Virus record (IMG/VR): IMGVR_UViG_3300048576_000363
Location: 1-64,000 of that record
DNA length: 64,000 bases
From: an uncultured virus (IMG/VR IMGVR_UViG_3300048576_000363)
Taxonomy: Duplodnaviria; Heunggongvirae; Uroviricota; Caudoviricetes
Reading direction: 5' to 3' (one strand)
Position 1 is the stretch's first letter, and every line of letters starts with the position of its first letter. This document shows, one piece after another, positions 1-10,643 of the stretch. The notes beneath the pieces were generated by a model. That model had not been told where the DNA came from. It searched no databases and saw only the letters and a list, made by a program, of their open reading frames with translations. The position numbers and the translations under genes are program-made.

Positions 1-967
1 TAATTTCAAGTTTTCTTTTTGCTTCTTCAGGGAAATAACCTTTTATTTCAATATATTCATCAGTTTCTGGTAAATAAAAATCTGGATGATAATATGTAAT
101 TCTCCCGTTTTCAGCAATGTACTCAAAGATTTTCACGCCTTCATGGCACAAAAACATAGTTCCTTTGCTTTCTAACCATAAGCCAAATTTAAACTCATAT
201 GAACCCTGAAAATGCATGCCTTTATAAAAATACCAATGTGTATTTGAACAATTTATTATTTTATTTTTTCCGAAATTAGGATGACGTTCACCTCGAGCTA
301 TTTTTTCTTGCCAAACTTTTTTTCTAACTTGCTTTGCATCTTTAAATTCTACATTATAGTATCTTAAAATTTGTCTTATATGTTTTCTTGATATATGATA
401 AGTTTTATAATATTTCTTGTCAAGACTCCTAAAAGAAGCAGTTTCATCGTTTTTATATTCTTCAACAATTTGTTTTGCAATATCTGACTCAAACATATCT
501 ATTTTTGCTTTTTTGTTTTTATTCATTAAACCTATAGATATTGAGTCTTTTTTGACTTGAACATTTTTCTCTTTAAAAATAAAATCTATAAATTCACGAC
601 GTAGATTGTATTTTTTTGTTAAATCATTTTTTGTCACATTATTATTTTCATAAAAATATGCAATACTGTTTTTTAATTCTTGATCTAATAATAAATATTG
701 TTTTTTTAAAGTATTATTACTGTGAGAATTTTTATGTGATTTTACTTGTTTACTTGCAAAAGTTCCACTACATTTATGCGAACAAAATCTTTGCGTTTCT
801 AACAATAACTTATTTCCACAAACTTCACAAAACTTACTTAAATTATCTTGCTTATACTTTAACCAACTAATCTTATGGACAAACTTAAAATGTGTTGAAA
901 TTGCAAATTTGTGAAAAACTTTACAATCATTGCATAAAGGACATTTAATATAAGATGTATCTATCAT
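1..967 (-). CDS. Putative homing endonuclease (Zn-finger N-terminus, PD-(D/E)XK nuclease C-terminus); partial, runs off left edge
   Basis: Not in the ORF track. ATG at 967 overlaps the spike stop (ATGA). Hand translation gives MIDTSYIKCPLC...FCEVCG...FCSHKC and, near the edge, QGSYEFKF...YHPDFYLPETDEYIEIKGYF, a PD-(D/E)XK motif. Confidence 0.7.
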   Translation of the reverse strand, partial: MIDTSYIKCPLCNDCKVFHKFAISTHFKFVHKISWLKYKQDNLSKFCEVCGNKLLLETQRFCSHKCSGTFASKQVKSHKNSHSNNTLKKQYLLLDQELKNSIAYFYENNNVTKNDLTKKYNLRREFIDFIFKEKNVQVKKDSISIGLMNKNKKAKIDMFESDIAKQIVEEYKNDETASFRSLDKKYYKTYHISRKHIRQILRYYNVEFKDAKQVRKKVWQEKIARGERHPNFGKNKIINCSNTHWYFYKGMHFQGSYEFKFGLWLESKGTMFLCHEGVKIFEYIAENGRITYYHPDFYLPETDEYIEIKGYFPEEAKRKLEI

Positions 968-3102
968 GTTGATGCTTTCACTGTCTTACTCGCAATTAAT
1001 GCAGTCCCACAAATGTAGTCCAAGTGGCTAGGTACGCCTGGACTCCCTGTCACTACTCCTCCCATTGCTGGCACTTGACCAATTTCAACTTGAGGTCCGA
1101 CAAGTTTAAGTTTCACACCACTTTTTACTGTTACTGTTTGCATACCATTTATATCTACTGTTTGTGATGTTGAGTCAACTTTTACTTTTCCAGTTTTAGT
1201 TTTTACTGTTACATTGCCAGATGTAACATCAACAATGTAATCTCCAGTCTTGATAGTAAGTTTTTTACTACCTTTAGTTATACTTTCTGTAATATCTCCT
1301 GATTTAAGTTTTTCAATAATATTACCTGTAGTAACATCGATTACATGATCACCTGTTTTTATCTTGTCTTGAAACCCAATATTTTTCTTTGTTATTATTT
1401 CTCTTTTAATGTCACCAAGCGTGACTTTCTCTTCAATATTACCTTTTAATAGCGATGTTTTCTTATTTCCATTCATAAAGTTCTCTTCACGAGAACCAGT
1501 AGTCAAATCATATTTATCTGTAACTTCATTTGGTAATGCTGGTGTAAAAGCTCCTGCAGCACGTTCTAAACTTCCTGTGATTTTTTGAACATTGTTATAA
1601 CCAATTTGTTCTTGCTTATCTTTTACAACAATTTTTTTATATGAACCACCAAATGTATTATTTTTGTCATTCACATAATTTTCTTCTCTTGTGCCCAAAG
1701 ATTCTACTTTATACTTACCATGAACTGTTACTGTATAGTTACCTGATATTTCAAGTTGTCCATTGCCATCTACATACTCAACTTTATTACCCTTTGTCTT
1801 CAAATTATAAGCAGTGCCATCATTTGCAGGAGCCATTACTTCAAGAAACACACCCTTTTGAGCAATTATATGTGAACTCTTTCCTAATTTATCAAAACCA
1901 AGTGTTGCTTGGATTCCACCTTTTGTATCTAAAAATATTGATTTATTATCTATATTCTCAGCACCAACGACAAATTTTACTGAACCTGCAAACCCAGCTT
2001 CCCAACTTCTACCAGGCCCTAAAGGATGCCTACCTGATGATGCAGGAAAATATGTAAAAAGATGTCCTTCTTTGTCAATATCTACTTGAACTGTAGATTG
2101 ATGTCTAAAGTGCAAAGTTGAAGCTAAAGTTGTATATTCTTCTGGCATACATTCTAAATAATCAAGAGAAATTTCTGTAGCAGTAGGTGTACCGAAAACT
2201 TGAGGTCTAAGAACTTTTGCATATTTTGCTGTATCTTCTTTATCATTACCTACTAAAGTACCCATAACGTAAGAAAGATATGGTGCAACATTATTCACAT
2301 CAAAACCTGCATTTATTTCAGTAGCTTTCATTATTCCGTCAGCAAGTTCATACATTTCAGTTCTATGTTCTGTAAATGCTTTGCCACCTAAATGAATTGG
2401 ATTATTTGAATTTGTGACAAACTGAATTTTCTGACCATTAGGCAATGTGGTTGGTTGAAATGAAAAATCAAGTTCACCAGGTTCTCTAGTGATCATTCCA
2501 TTCCAAGTTCTTGAAGCTTGAGTACTAGAATAAATTTGGTGTGATGAAAAACGAATTGATTTGTCAGCTGATCGAATTTCGATTTCATTTAGTTTTGAAT
2601 CTGAAAGATAAACATCTTCATCAAGATACAATTCAGCACCTTGAGTAGATTCAGCTTGTATTTCACCTGGATATATTTTTCTTCTTTTGCCTCGAACAAC
2701 ATTATATCCGATTTTTTCACGTATAGTCTTTAATTCTTTTAAATTTTTTGGTGTTTTATCGTTTCTAAGAAGACGATATTGTAAAAGTTGTTCGAGATTA
2801 CCATCAACAAAACCAAGAATAACTGGGTCTTCCCAAGTATGTGTTTGTCTTGACCATCCACAAAGAACCATACTTCCTTCTTCAGGCATCCCTCTAATCG
2901 AACCACGAGGTGTTGCAAAAGAAGAAGGAATCCTTATCATTTGCGAATTGCCAGGGCCTGACTCTAACCAAATAATGTCTAAATATCCAGTTTCATAATC
3001 AACTCTAGAAACAAGCCCAAGTCGAATATACTTCGTTTGATCGACTAGTTTACCTCTAAAAGGACTTTCTCTACTTCTAAGAGGTTTTAACGGTTGTGTC
3101 AT
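964..3102 (-). CDS. Baseplate central spike (gp5/gpV-like)
   Basis: N-terminal OB-fold-like segment (GLVSRVDY...PEEGSMVLCGW), long C-terminal short-period beta-helix repeats (V/I-x-G-N/D), apex with His/Cys (SHLDYICG). Follows the hub gene. Confidence 0.75.
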   Translation of the reverse strand: MTQPLKPLRSRESPFRGKLVDQTKYIRLGLVSRVDYETGYLDIIWLESGPGNSQMIRIPSSFATPRGSIRGMPEEGSMVLCGWSRQTHTWEDPVILGFVDGNLEQLLQYRLLRNDKTPKNLKELKTIREKIGYNVVRGKRRKIYPGEIQAESTQGAELYLDEDVYLSDSKLNEIEIRSADKSIRFSSHQIYSSTQASRTWNGMITREPGELDFSFQPTTLPNGQKIQFVTNSNNPIHLGGKAFTEHRTEMYELADGIMKATEINAGFDVNNVAPYLSYVMGTLVGNDKEDTAKYAKVLRPQVFGTPTATEISLDYLECMPEEYTTLASTLHFRHQSTVQVDIDKEGHLFTYFPASSGRHPLGPGRSWEAGFAGSVKFVVGAENIDNKSIFLDTKGGIQATLGFDKLGKSSHIIAQKGVFLEVMAPANDGTAYNLKTKGNKVEYVDGNGQLEISGNYTVTVHGKYKVESLGTREENYVNDKNNTFGGSYKKIVVKDKQEQIGYNNVQKITGSLERAAGAFTPALPNEVTDKYDLTTGSREENFMNGNKKTSLLKGNIEEKVTLGDIKREIITKKNIGFQDKIKTGDHVIDVTTGNIIEKLKSGDITESITKGSKKLTIKTGDYIVDVTSGNVTVKTKTGKVKVDSTSQTVDINGMQTVTVKSGVKLKLVGPQVEIGQVPAMGGVVTGSPGVPSHLDYICGTALIASKTVKAST

Positions 3103-5171
3103 TTTGCATTACCACCAGTTTCATCTTTTAACATATTTTGAGCTATATCAGGTCCACTAAAAGAAATCATTTGTCCTGTTGTAGAATCTAATGTATACAT
3201 TACATTATTAGGATCCACAACAAGTTGCATATTCTGAACATCCATTGACAAAGCTTTTTGTGCACTTGAATTGTCTTTAGTTGTAACTGAATTTGTTTTC
3301 CCTTGTATAAGACCTTTTGGATCATATTTTAATCCACTACCATAAGTGACATAAGGCGCATCACCAACTTGACCTATAACTTCATATCCTTCATAATCAG
3401 TTATTGCAAACTCACCTTTCAAATTGGGCTCAATTTGTATTCCGTTGAACTTCTTCCATTCACCATATTTCTCTTTATTGCTACTCAAATCTACAGTAAA
3501 AGAAGGTTCTACAATAGAAATATGTTCTTTAGCTCTTGGTGTACAAATTGATGGCATTGAAACTTGTTTTACAAAATTATTAACTTCATTTGGTTCAGCA
3601 ATAGAATCACCAACTACTGTTATTTGTTCGTCTTTGATTTCGCCAACATTTCTAAAAATAGAATTTTTGTTTTGAGTTTTTGTACGCTCAGCACTTAAAG
3701 TCAATGTAGTTGTATATGTTCCACCAAAAGTAAACCTATTCTCAATACCTTTTATATAATAAAAAGCATCTCTAGAAGGAATGAATACTGGGTAACCAAG
3801 TCTTAGTTCAGGTCTTCCAAGAATCGTAACTGAACCTTGACGAACTAATGCATTCTGTCTTGCAAGTTCTGCTTTTGCCCAAAAATTACATTGTTCTTTT
3901 GTGTGTAACCATGGCATAGAACGTTGAACAAGACGTTCTCCAAATTGCAAAGATAAACGAGGATCTCTAGCAATACCATGAGTAATCTCATTATAATTAG
4001 TCACACTACAAAGCGATCCTGTAACATCTACTCTTGTTATGACTTCTGACTCACTTTGAATAAAATTCCAATTAATAATATCAACATCATGTATCATAGA
4101 TGCTATATTTTCTCTAACATCCATATTGTAAAATGGGAGTTTGAAAGTGATTTCTCCGTTTACATCCATAAAAAATTCATAATGAATTGCTTCTTTTAAT
4201 TCATTTGCTATCTCTAACTGACTTTTTGTATCGCTTTTAGCTATTGAGGGTGCTGTTGGCGTACTTTGATATATTGTTGTTGATATTTCTGTTGAGCCTG
4301 AAGGTGTAACAAGCGCTAAAGGATCGATTTCTAGTTTGTTTTTTTTCAAACCATAAACTTTTAAATTTGCTCCCACATTATTCATTCTATCAGCCCAATA
4401 ATTCATCATATCAGCAAGCGCTGCTTTTTCTCTATCTTTATCTTTAATCGGTGTTGTTTTATAAGCATAATCAAGATAATCATTGACAGGAGCCATTTGT
4501 AATAAAGATGTAGTTGAAAGATTTTTTAAAATCTCTGGAATCGTCATTCCAGAAAAAATATTTCCTGTAATAGACAAAGGTCTACCATTAAGTTTTACTG
4601 TTTTCCCGTCAATAAACTTTTTTATATCTGTATCTTTCATTCCCATTTGCTTTAAATAAGAACGCAAGTTTTCGCCAGTAGCTAAAATAGAAGGATTTAT
4701 AGCTGCTTGTGCAATTTGCCACCAACGTAAAATATCAGCACAAGAAACAGAAATTGTATGAACACCATCACTATAATTTTCTGTCAAAGCTGTTATAACA
4801 CCCCAAAATGCTTTGTAATAAGGGTATTTATCTTCTCCTGTTGCTACATCTTTTTTTTGATATCTACCTCTAAAGAAAAACTCAACTTCAGACATTATTT
4901 TTAAATTCGAATATCTAGACATTCCAGAAGCTAATGTGCTAAATCTTCCGCCTTGATGTTCAGGATATGAAATCGTAAAACTTGCTGTTCCCGGAACTGT
5001 ATCTACAGACAAACTTGTATTTATCTCAGTAATATCTTGGCGCATATCAAATTTCACACCATTTGGATCAGTCAACATATTTGATCCATTTATGAACACT
5101 AAAGTATCTGGAGCAAGTTGTACAGTTTCAGGTTGTCTATAAATATTGTTTAGTGAACTTTGGGAACTCAT
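3099..5171 (-). CDS. Baseplate hub protein (gp27/gpD-like)
   Basis: YEFFMDVNGEITFK, GSVTILGRPELRLGYPV and IENRFTFGGTYTTTLTL motifs typical of hub proteins. Lies between tube initiators and spike. Confidence 0.75.
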   Translation of the reverse strand: MSSQSSLNNIYRQPETVQLAPDTLVFINGSNMLTDPNGVKFDMRQDITEINTSLSVDTVPGTASFTISYPEHQGGRFSTLASGMSRYSNLKIMSEVEFFFRGRYQKKDVATGEDKYPYYKAFWGVITALTENYSDGVHTISVSCADILRWWQIAQAAINPSILATGENLRSYLKQMGMKDTDIKKFIDGKTVKLNGRPLSITGNIFSGMTIPEILKNLSTTSLLQMAPVNDYLDYAYKTTPIKDKDREKAALADMMNYWADRMNNVGANLKVYGLKKNKLEIDPLALVTPSGSTEISTTIYQSTPTAPSIAKSDTKSQLEIANELKEAIHYEFFMDVNGEITFKLPFYNMDVRENIASMIHDVDIINWNFIQSESEVITRVDVTGSLCSVTNYNEITHGIARDPRLSLQFGERLVQRSMPWLHTKEQCNFWAKAELARQNALVRQGSVTILGRPELRLGYPVFIPSRDAFYYIKGIENRFTFGGTYTTTLTLSAERTKTQNKNSIFRNVGEIKDEQITVVGDSIAEPNEVNNFVKQVSMPSICTPRAKEHISIVEPSFTVDLSSNKEKYGEWKKFNGIQIEPNLKGEFAITDYEGYEVIGQVGDAPYVTYGSGLKYDPKGLIQGKTNSVTTKDNSSAQKALSMDVQNMQLVVDPNNVMYTLDSTTGQMISFSGPDIAQNMLKDETGGNAK

Positions 5172-5752
5172 TGTCCTGCTATCCTTTGCAAAACACTATT
5201 GCTACTTACTTCGTCAATATTAAAAGTCTTTGTAACTTTAAACTCAAAACTAAAATCCATATTAAATTGCATTGAGTCATTCTCAGAAATAGTAAAAGAT
5301 GTAAAATGACCTCTGTAAACAAACCCGTTATAATTTAACACTACTCTACCTACAGAATCTATTGTACAAGGATTCACTTTTCCATCAGGTTTTGTATTTC
5401 TGTTTGTACCATTATTTCTGTATATAGCTAAAAGTCTTGCTATATTTTCATATCCAGCTGTTTGTCTTCTTTCAACTCTTGTCAAACCTTTTTCGTCGGA
5501 AATAAACATAGCAGATTTTCCTGATGCTGACAATACATCAAGTTCATCATGTTGAGCATGAAAAATATAAGGAATATTGCTTCCAACCCAACGAACACGT
5601 TGTTCAGCAATTTTTGGAACGTATCTAATCTCAAGTGAAGCAGGATTGATAAGCAAAATTAAAGGCTGTGGCGGATTCTTGATTTCTAACTCAAAAACCA
5701 TTTGTTTGACATTATCATTATGTTTTACAGTAGTTTTTTTATAAATAGCCAT
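5168..5752 (-). CDS. Baseplate tail-tube initiator-like protein (paralog 2)
   Basis: LINPASL...YRGHFTSFTISE...MQFNMDFSFEF. Clear paralog of the adjacent gene; position downstream of the tape measure. Confidence 0.6.
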   Translation of the reverse strand: MAIYKKTTVKHNDNVKQMVFELEIKNPPQPLILLINPASLEIRYVPKIAEQRVRWVGSNIPYIFHAQHDELDVLSASGKSAMFISDEKGLTRVERRQTAGYENIARLLAIYRNNGTNRNTKPDGKVNPCTIDSVGRVVLNYNGFVYRGHFTSFTISENDSMQFNMDFSFEFKVTKTFNIDEVSSNSVLQRIAGQ

Positions 5753-6278
5753 TTTTTGTTACCGTAAGTTGCCCTAAAATCTTTACTGCTTTAAAACTTA
5801 GAGAATATTCAAGATTAAAAGGCATACTTGCATCTTCTGTATAAGTAAAAGATTCGAAAAACCCATCATATTGAGTCCCGTCATAATACATCTGAACAAT
5901 ACCAAGACTTTGCAGTTTTGAAGGATTTGCATTTGCAGCTGTAGATTCAAAAGTTTTGTAATAACCTTTACCATTGTTTTTGTAAATGTTAAGCAAAGTC
6001 ATAAAATATTGATATGATTCTGTAGATCTAGATTTTTTATTTGTTAAACCTTCTTCACTGTCAATAAACATTGCAGTTTTTCCAGTTGCAGCTAATGTTG
6101 TTAGTTGCTCTCCCCAATATTCATGTGCAAATCCACCTAATGTTCTTGTTTCAGTTATCAAAGGAGTGTAAGAAATATCTAGATTTGCTGGATTTATGAG
6201 CATTGTTAAAGAAGGTACTTTTGCATCACCTTTAACGCTCCAAGAAATTGGCACTGGTACTTGTTTTGCTGTTCTCAT
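5739..6278 (-). CDS. Baseplate tail-tube initiator-like protein (paralog 1)
   Basis: LINPANL...TRTLGG...YWGEQL...YDGFFESFTYTEDASMPFNLEYSLSF. Directly follows the tape measure gene. Confidence 0.6.
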   Translation of the reverse strand: MRTAKQVPVPISWSVKGDAKVPSLTMLINPANLDISYTPLITETRTLGGFAHEYWGEQLTTLAATGKTAMFIDSEEGLTNKKSRSTESYQYFMTLLNIYKNNGKGYYKTFESTAANANPSKLQSLGIVQMYYDGTQYDGFFESFTYTEDASMPFNLEYSLSFKAVKILGQLTVTKNGYL

Positions 6279-9200
6279 TTTATTTTATCTGAATAAAGTG
6301 CGTTTAGTACTATTTGTTCTACTTGTCTTCTATCGTTTTGATTAACATAGATATTAATTGTTCTGTTGTCATTAACTGTTCCTCCTGGTGAACCAGAACC
6401 AGTTGACAAATTTTGCCAAGTTTGCTTAGGTAATACTAATTCACCAGAATTCAAAGCACCTAAAATTTTATCGCCCTTAAAACTCAAACCAGGTACAACA
6501 CCGCCTGTTGCAAATCCTCTTCCTGAAGCTGCTAATTGCTGTTGAGAAGTTTGTTTACTGTATGCAACAGCTCCTGGCATTGCTACAGTAGAAAAGTTCA
6601 TTCCTTCAGCTATAGCACCTGCATTATAAATAGCATCTTCACCGAGATCTTTACTACTAGAAACTAAACGTTTTAATTCTGGTGTTATTTTTCCACCAGA
6701 ACGATCCATCTCTTTTCGTTGTGCTTCTTGATTTACAATGAGTGCTGTTAACTTCTTAGATGCTTCTCCCAATTTTGCTTGTTCATTAGCTATTGCTTTC
6801 TTTTCTTCATCAGTAGTAGCTGCGCCTTCATCAATTTGTAGTTGTCTTTGACGACTTTCTATTTTATTTTTTAAACTTTCAGATGTATTAGCATTTTCTG
6901 TTAGCGCTGTATTTAGTTCGTCAAAAACTTTAGCTCTATCGCTAAACAAAGGAGAAGACACAATAATACTGACAAGTTTTTCGAGAATAGTAAATATCTT
7001 TCTTAACCAAACACCTAGCACATTATTTAAAGAATCTTCAGTTGACTTTGTCTGTTTTAATGCTGCAAGTCCTTCAACTTTTGCTTTTCTTTTTTCTTCT
7101 TCTTTTGTCGCTTTAGTTTGAGCGTCAGTCATAGCTTTGAAATTGACATCTAAACCAGAAAGAATTGCAGCTAAACCATCGACAGTTTTATCACCAAAAT
7201 CCTGTGACAATTGAGTAGCAAGCTCTGGAAATTGAGTTTTCAAAGTTTTTTGCACAGACTTTAAGTCGACGTTTTTAGTTTGTAAATTTTTTAAAACTCC
7301 TATAAGACCTTGAGTTCTTTCTGCTACACTATTTGAATTTGATAAAATGTTAATCATTTCTTGTGCATTATCTTTGCCTTCATTGTCTTTTCCAAATGCA
7401 GCTCTTAAGTTTTTTGAATTATTTGCAAGATTAGAAGCCATAGATCTCATTGTTTCTACAACTTCTCTATCTACACCAAACTCTGCTCCAACAACTTTCA
7501 TATTAAGAACATGACCCTCAATTGCTTTCTGTACTTGCTCAATAGAACCACCAATGTCAACTCCTGCAGCTTTCTTAGTCAAAAAGCCCATCTGCATTAA
7601 AAACTGTCCCATTGTATCAGTCATGAGACCTTTTTCCATTTCAGAATTAACACCCTTCATTGCATTAGTATTATCTAAAGTCCTTTTTCTCGACTCTAAC
7701 ATTGCTCGTTGTTTTCTTACTTCTTCTAACTCTGCTTCCTTTGCTGCATCGCCTTTTACTGCTTCAAGATTCTGCTCTTGTTTTATAAGACTTTGAATTT
7801 GACCATCAATTTCTTTTGTTTGTTTTTGATAAGATTTTTTCCAAATCTCAGCACCACCACCAAGTCTAAAAATAGTTATTTGTGCTTCATTTGAAAGATC
7901 TTTAAAACTTCCAACAATTTTTCCTGCTGCACTTGTTGCTGCAGCTTCTGGAAGTTTCATATTCTTTACAAGGCCACTAAACATATTACTAACTTCATCA
8001 ATTCTCTTTCCATATAAACCTAAACCTGTTGCTGCATTGATTACTTTATCAAAGAAAATTGTAGTTGTTATACCTGCTGTCTTTGCATTTTTTTGCATTT
8101 CAACAAAACTCGTACCGATATCAGATAGACTCATACCAAATTCAGAACGTAAACTACCAGCACTAGAAGCAAGTTCTCCTACTTCCATTCCTAAAGATGC
8201 TGCAATACCCATCATATCTTCTAAATTTGCAAGTGATCTTGCAGCTGTAAAACCAGCTTTTGAAAAATCTCCCATATATCCAATTGCTTGATCCATAGAA
8301 ACACCAAGATCCCAAGACCATTGTTCAGTCTTCTGTCTCATCTTTTCAATACTTGTATCAGCTAACTGACCACCTTTTCTTATACTATCAAATGCTTCAC
8401 CTGCATTATGTGTATTTGCAGCCATCATCATTATTTGTTTTCTTGCACCTTTTACTTGTTTTTCTAGTTCAAATGCCATTTTTATAGCACCAACAACAGA
8501 AAACGCACCTGCAAGAGGAGCAAGTACAGCGCCCAACATTTTAAATGCGCCTGTCATTGCTTTAGCAGCTACAACACCATTTTCTCCAAAAGTAGCCATT
8601 GCTTGATTAGGAATATTTTGCTTAAAAACTTTGAATGCATCAACAGCACCACTAAGACCACGTTTTTGTTCTTTTATTTGCTTTATATAAGCTTGATTTA
8701 TTTTGTTTTGTTCTCTTGCTCTTTCGACAGTTTTTGAAATTGATTGTTCATCTAATTTTTTAATTTCTTCTTGTTGTGCAACAATTTTATGAAGTTTGTC
8801 ACCTTCTTCTTTTAAAAGACCTATTTTTTCACGTATTTGTTCGTTTGACGCATTTCCACTAAGAATCATTTTTTCTAAATCAGTACGCATTATGTTAATA
8901 CTGTCAGCAACACTCAAATATTTTTTTCTTAATTCTGTATTATAAGTACCTAAAACTGCAGTTTCTTCAAGAATTTCACTTATTAAACATGAAGAAACAG
9001 CTATTGCATCATTTTGTGTTTTTGTTTCAGCTGTAAGACGTTCTTCTACAGCTACAGCTTGATTCATTTTTTCAACATGAGCAGCAAGCTGGTCTTTTAT
9101 TTGAGCAAACTTATCATTTAATTGTTCACTTGAAAAAACTGTGTCGCCAAGAAGATCTTTAAAATCATCTTTCAAACTTTCAATTTCATCTATTGTATTA

Positions 9201-9982
9201 CGAAAACTTGTTTGAGCTATAGTATTTTTCATTGATTTAGCAATATTATCTGACTCTGACAAGACTTTGTTAAAATCAGAAGATAAACTTTCAATGTTTT
9301 TATTCATTGTGTCATAATTGTCATTCAATCCTGCAACTTCATCTCTTATAGATTCTAGCTTTATTTGATAATCTGAAAGAGACTTCACTGATAGTGTTCC
9401 TTGATCTTTTGCTTTTTCAAGTTCTGTTCCAAGCGAAGAAACTTTACGAATAATTTTTGTATATGAGCTTGCAATATCATCTGTAGAGTCTTTAAATTTA
9501 TCTGAATTCCCTCTTAACATTTTTTGAAGTCTGAGTGTTTCAGTTGCAAGTTTGTTATACTCATCAGCTCTTTCAAGAACTCTACCTTGACTTGTCTCTA
9601 AATTTGATAACTCAGAGACAACATTCTCAAATTCACTTACAAGTTTTTTAACTTCTCCAGAATCAAAAGTAGCTTTTCCTTGAAGACCTTTTGCAACACT
9701 TTCAATAAGTTGAACTGTATTTGAAAGTTTTTCTAATTCTTTTTTAGGAACAAGTTCTATTTTTGAGAGTTCAGACAGCTTTTTCATTGTCTTCGGGATA
9801 GTAGACATCATTTTAAAAAAGTTATCTTCTAATTGAGCATTCTTCTTTAATGATTTGTTAAATTCATCGACAGCTCTGGGCATCTTTGAGAACTCAACAT
9901 AATATTTTTGAAGTTGTTTTAGAGCTTCATCAACGTTAGATTGAATCTCAAATTCGCTTACATACTTTCTCTTGTCTGCCAT
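6275..9982 (-). CDS. Tail tape measure protein
   Basis: 1235 aa, helical/coiled-coil composition, central hydrophobic Ala/Gly segment, C-terminal FATGGVVPG...GDKILGALNSGELVLP motif. Canonical position. Confidence 0.85.
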   Translation of the reverse strand: MADKRKYVSEFEIQSNVDEALKQLQKYYVEFSKMPRAVDEFNKSLKKNAQLEDNFFKMMSTIPKTMKKLSELSKIELVPKKELEKLSNTVQLIESVAKGLQGKATFDSGEVKKLVSEFENVVSELSNLETSQGRVLERADEYNKLATETLRLQKMLRGNSDKFKDSTDDIASSYTKIIRKVSSLGTELEKAKDQGTLSVKSLSDYQIKLESIRDEVAGLNDNYDTMNKNIESLSSDFNKVLSESDNIAKSMKNTIAQTSFRNTIDEIESLKDDFKDLLGDTVFSSEQLNDKFAQIKDQLAAHVEKMNQAVAVEERLTAETKTQNDAIAVSSCLISEILEETAVLGTYNTELRKKYLSVADSINIMRTDLEKMILSGNASNEQIREKIGLLKEEGDKLHKIVAQQEEIKKLDEQSISKTVERAREQNKINQAYIKQIKEQKRGLSGAVDAFKVFKQNIPNQAMATFGENGVVAAKAMTGAFKMLGAVLAPLAGAFSVVGAIKMAFELEKQVKGARKQIMMMAANTHNAGEAFDSIRKGGQLADTSIEKMRQKTEQWSWDLGVSMDQAIGYMGDFSKAGFTAARSLANLEDMMGIAASLGMEVGELASSAGSLRSEFGMSLSDIGTSFVEMQKNAKTAGITTTIFFDKVINAATGLGLYGKRIDEVSNMFSGLVKNMKLPEAAATSAAGKIVGSFKDLSNEAQITIFRLGGGAEIWKKSYQKQTKEIDGQIQSLIKQEQNLEAVKGDAAKEAELEEVRKQRAMLESRKRTLDNTNAMKGVNSEMEKGLMTDTMGQFLMQMGFLTKKAAGVDIGGSIEQVQKAIEGHVLNMKVVGAEFGVDREVVETMRSMASNLANNSKNLRAAFGKDNEGKDNAQEMINILSNSNSVAERTQGLIGVLKNLQTKNVDLKSVQKTLKTQFPELATQLSQDFGDKTVDGLAAILSGLDVNFKAMTDAQTKATKEEEKRKAKVEGLAALKQTKSTEDSLNNVLGVWLRKIFTILEKLVSIIVSSPLFSDRAKVFDELNTALTENANTSESLKNKIESRQRQLQIDEGAATTDEEKKAIANEQAKLGEASKKLTALIVNQEAQRKEMDRSGGKITPELKRLVSSSKDLGEDAIYNAGAIAEGMNFSTVAMPGAVAYSKQTSQQQLAASGRGFATGGVVPGLSFKGDKILGALNSGELVLPKQTWQNLSTGSGSPGGTVNDNRTINIYVNQNDRRQVEQIVLNALYSDKIK

Positions 9983-9993
9983 CCCTTAACCCC

Positions 9994-10395
9994 TTATACC
10001 AATAGACCTTTTTCTTTCAAATCAGCATCAGCTTCTTTTGTCAATTCCATCCATTTAGAATACAAGAACGAAATAATATTTTCATCCCAAGTCTTAATGA
10101 TTTTTTCCAATTTCTCTAAAGTCTCATTCTTAACTCTTATCTTCACGTCAAGATCAACAAAGCTTTCATAATCATCAAGTCTTTGTTCGTTAACTGCTCT
10201 TATTGCGTACTTTAAAGTCTCAGATTTCATTTTTAAAAAATACGCATTACCAGAAAGTTCAGCACACGCAATAAAAACAAAACCTTCTTGTTCAGAATCT
10301 AATGTGCTTAAAAGCAATTTTAAATCCCCAACTTCAACAGTTTTTGTTTTTTTGCCAAGTTTCGCAAGTTCACCTAAAGCTGCAAATGCATCCAT
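9994..10395 (-). CDS. Putative tail assembly chaperone
   Basis: Small helical protein immediately upstream of the tape measure; KTVEVGDLKLLLSTL pattern; GGAG RBS. Confidence 0.55.
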   Translation of the reverse strand: MDAFAALGELAKLGKKTKTVEVGDLKLLLSTLDSEQEGFVFIACAELSGNAYFLKMKSETLKYAIRAVNEQRLDDYESFVDLDVKIRVKNETLEKLEKIIKTWDENIISFLYSKWMELTKEADADLKEKGLLV

Positions 10396-10408
10396 TATTT
10401 AATCTCCC

Positions 10409-10627
10409 TTAATCTTTTTGATTGATTTCTACTTGAAAAAAATTCTTCTCTGCTTCTTCTGTCGAAGGAATACCTGTTTTATCTTGGTAATCATAAATAG
10501 ATTGTAAAGCAGCATCACGTTCGCTTAACACTGACTTCATTCTATTCTTAGTGACATCTTCTGGTTCGCTTTTTTTCTTTTCACCAATTTTTTCACGTAA
10601 AACTTTTGCTTGTAGCTCTAGCTCCAT
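10409..10627 (-). CDS. Hypothetical protein (72 aa)
   Basis: ATG at 10627 has an AGGAG RBS, a better start than the track's 10654. Confidence 0.55.
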   Translation of the reverse strand: MELELQAKVLREKIGEKKKSEPEDVTKNRMKSVLSERDAALQSIYDYQDKTGIPSTEEAEKNFFQVEINQKD

Positions 10628-10643
10628 AGAAACTCCTTTTAGT

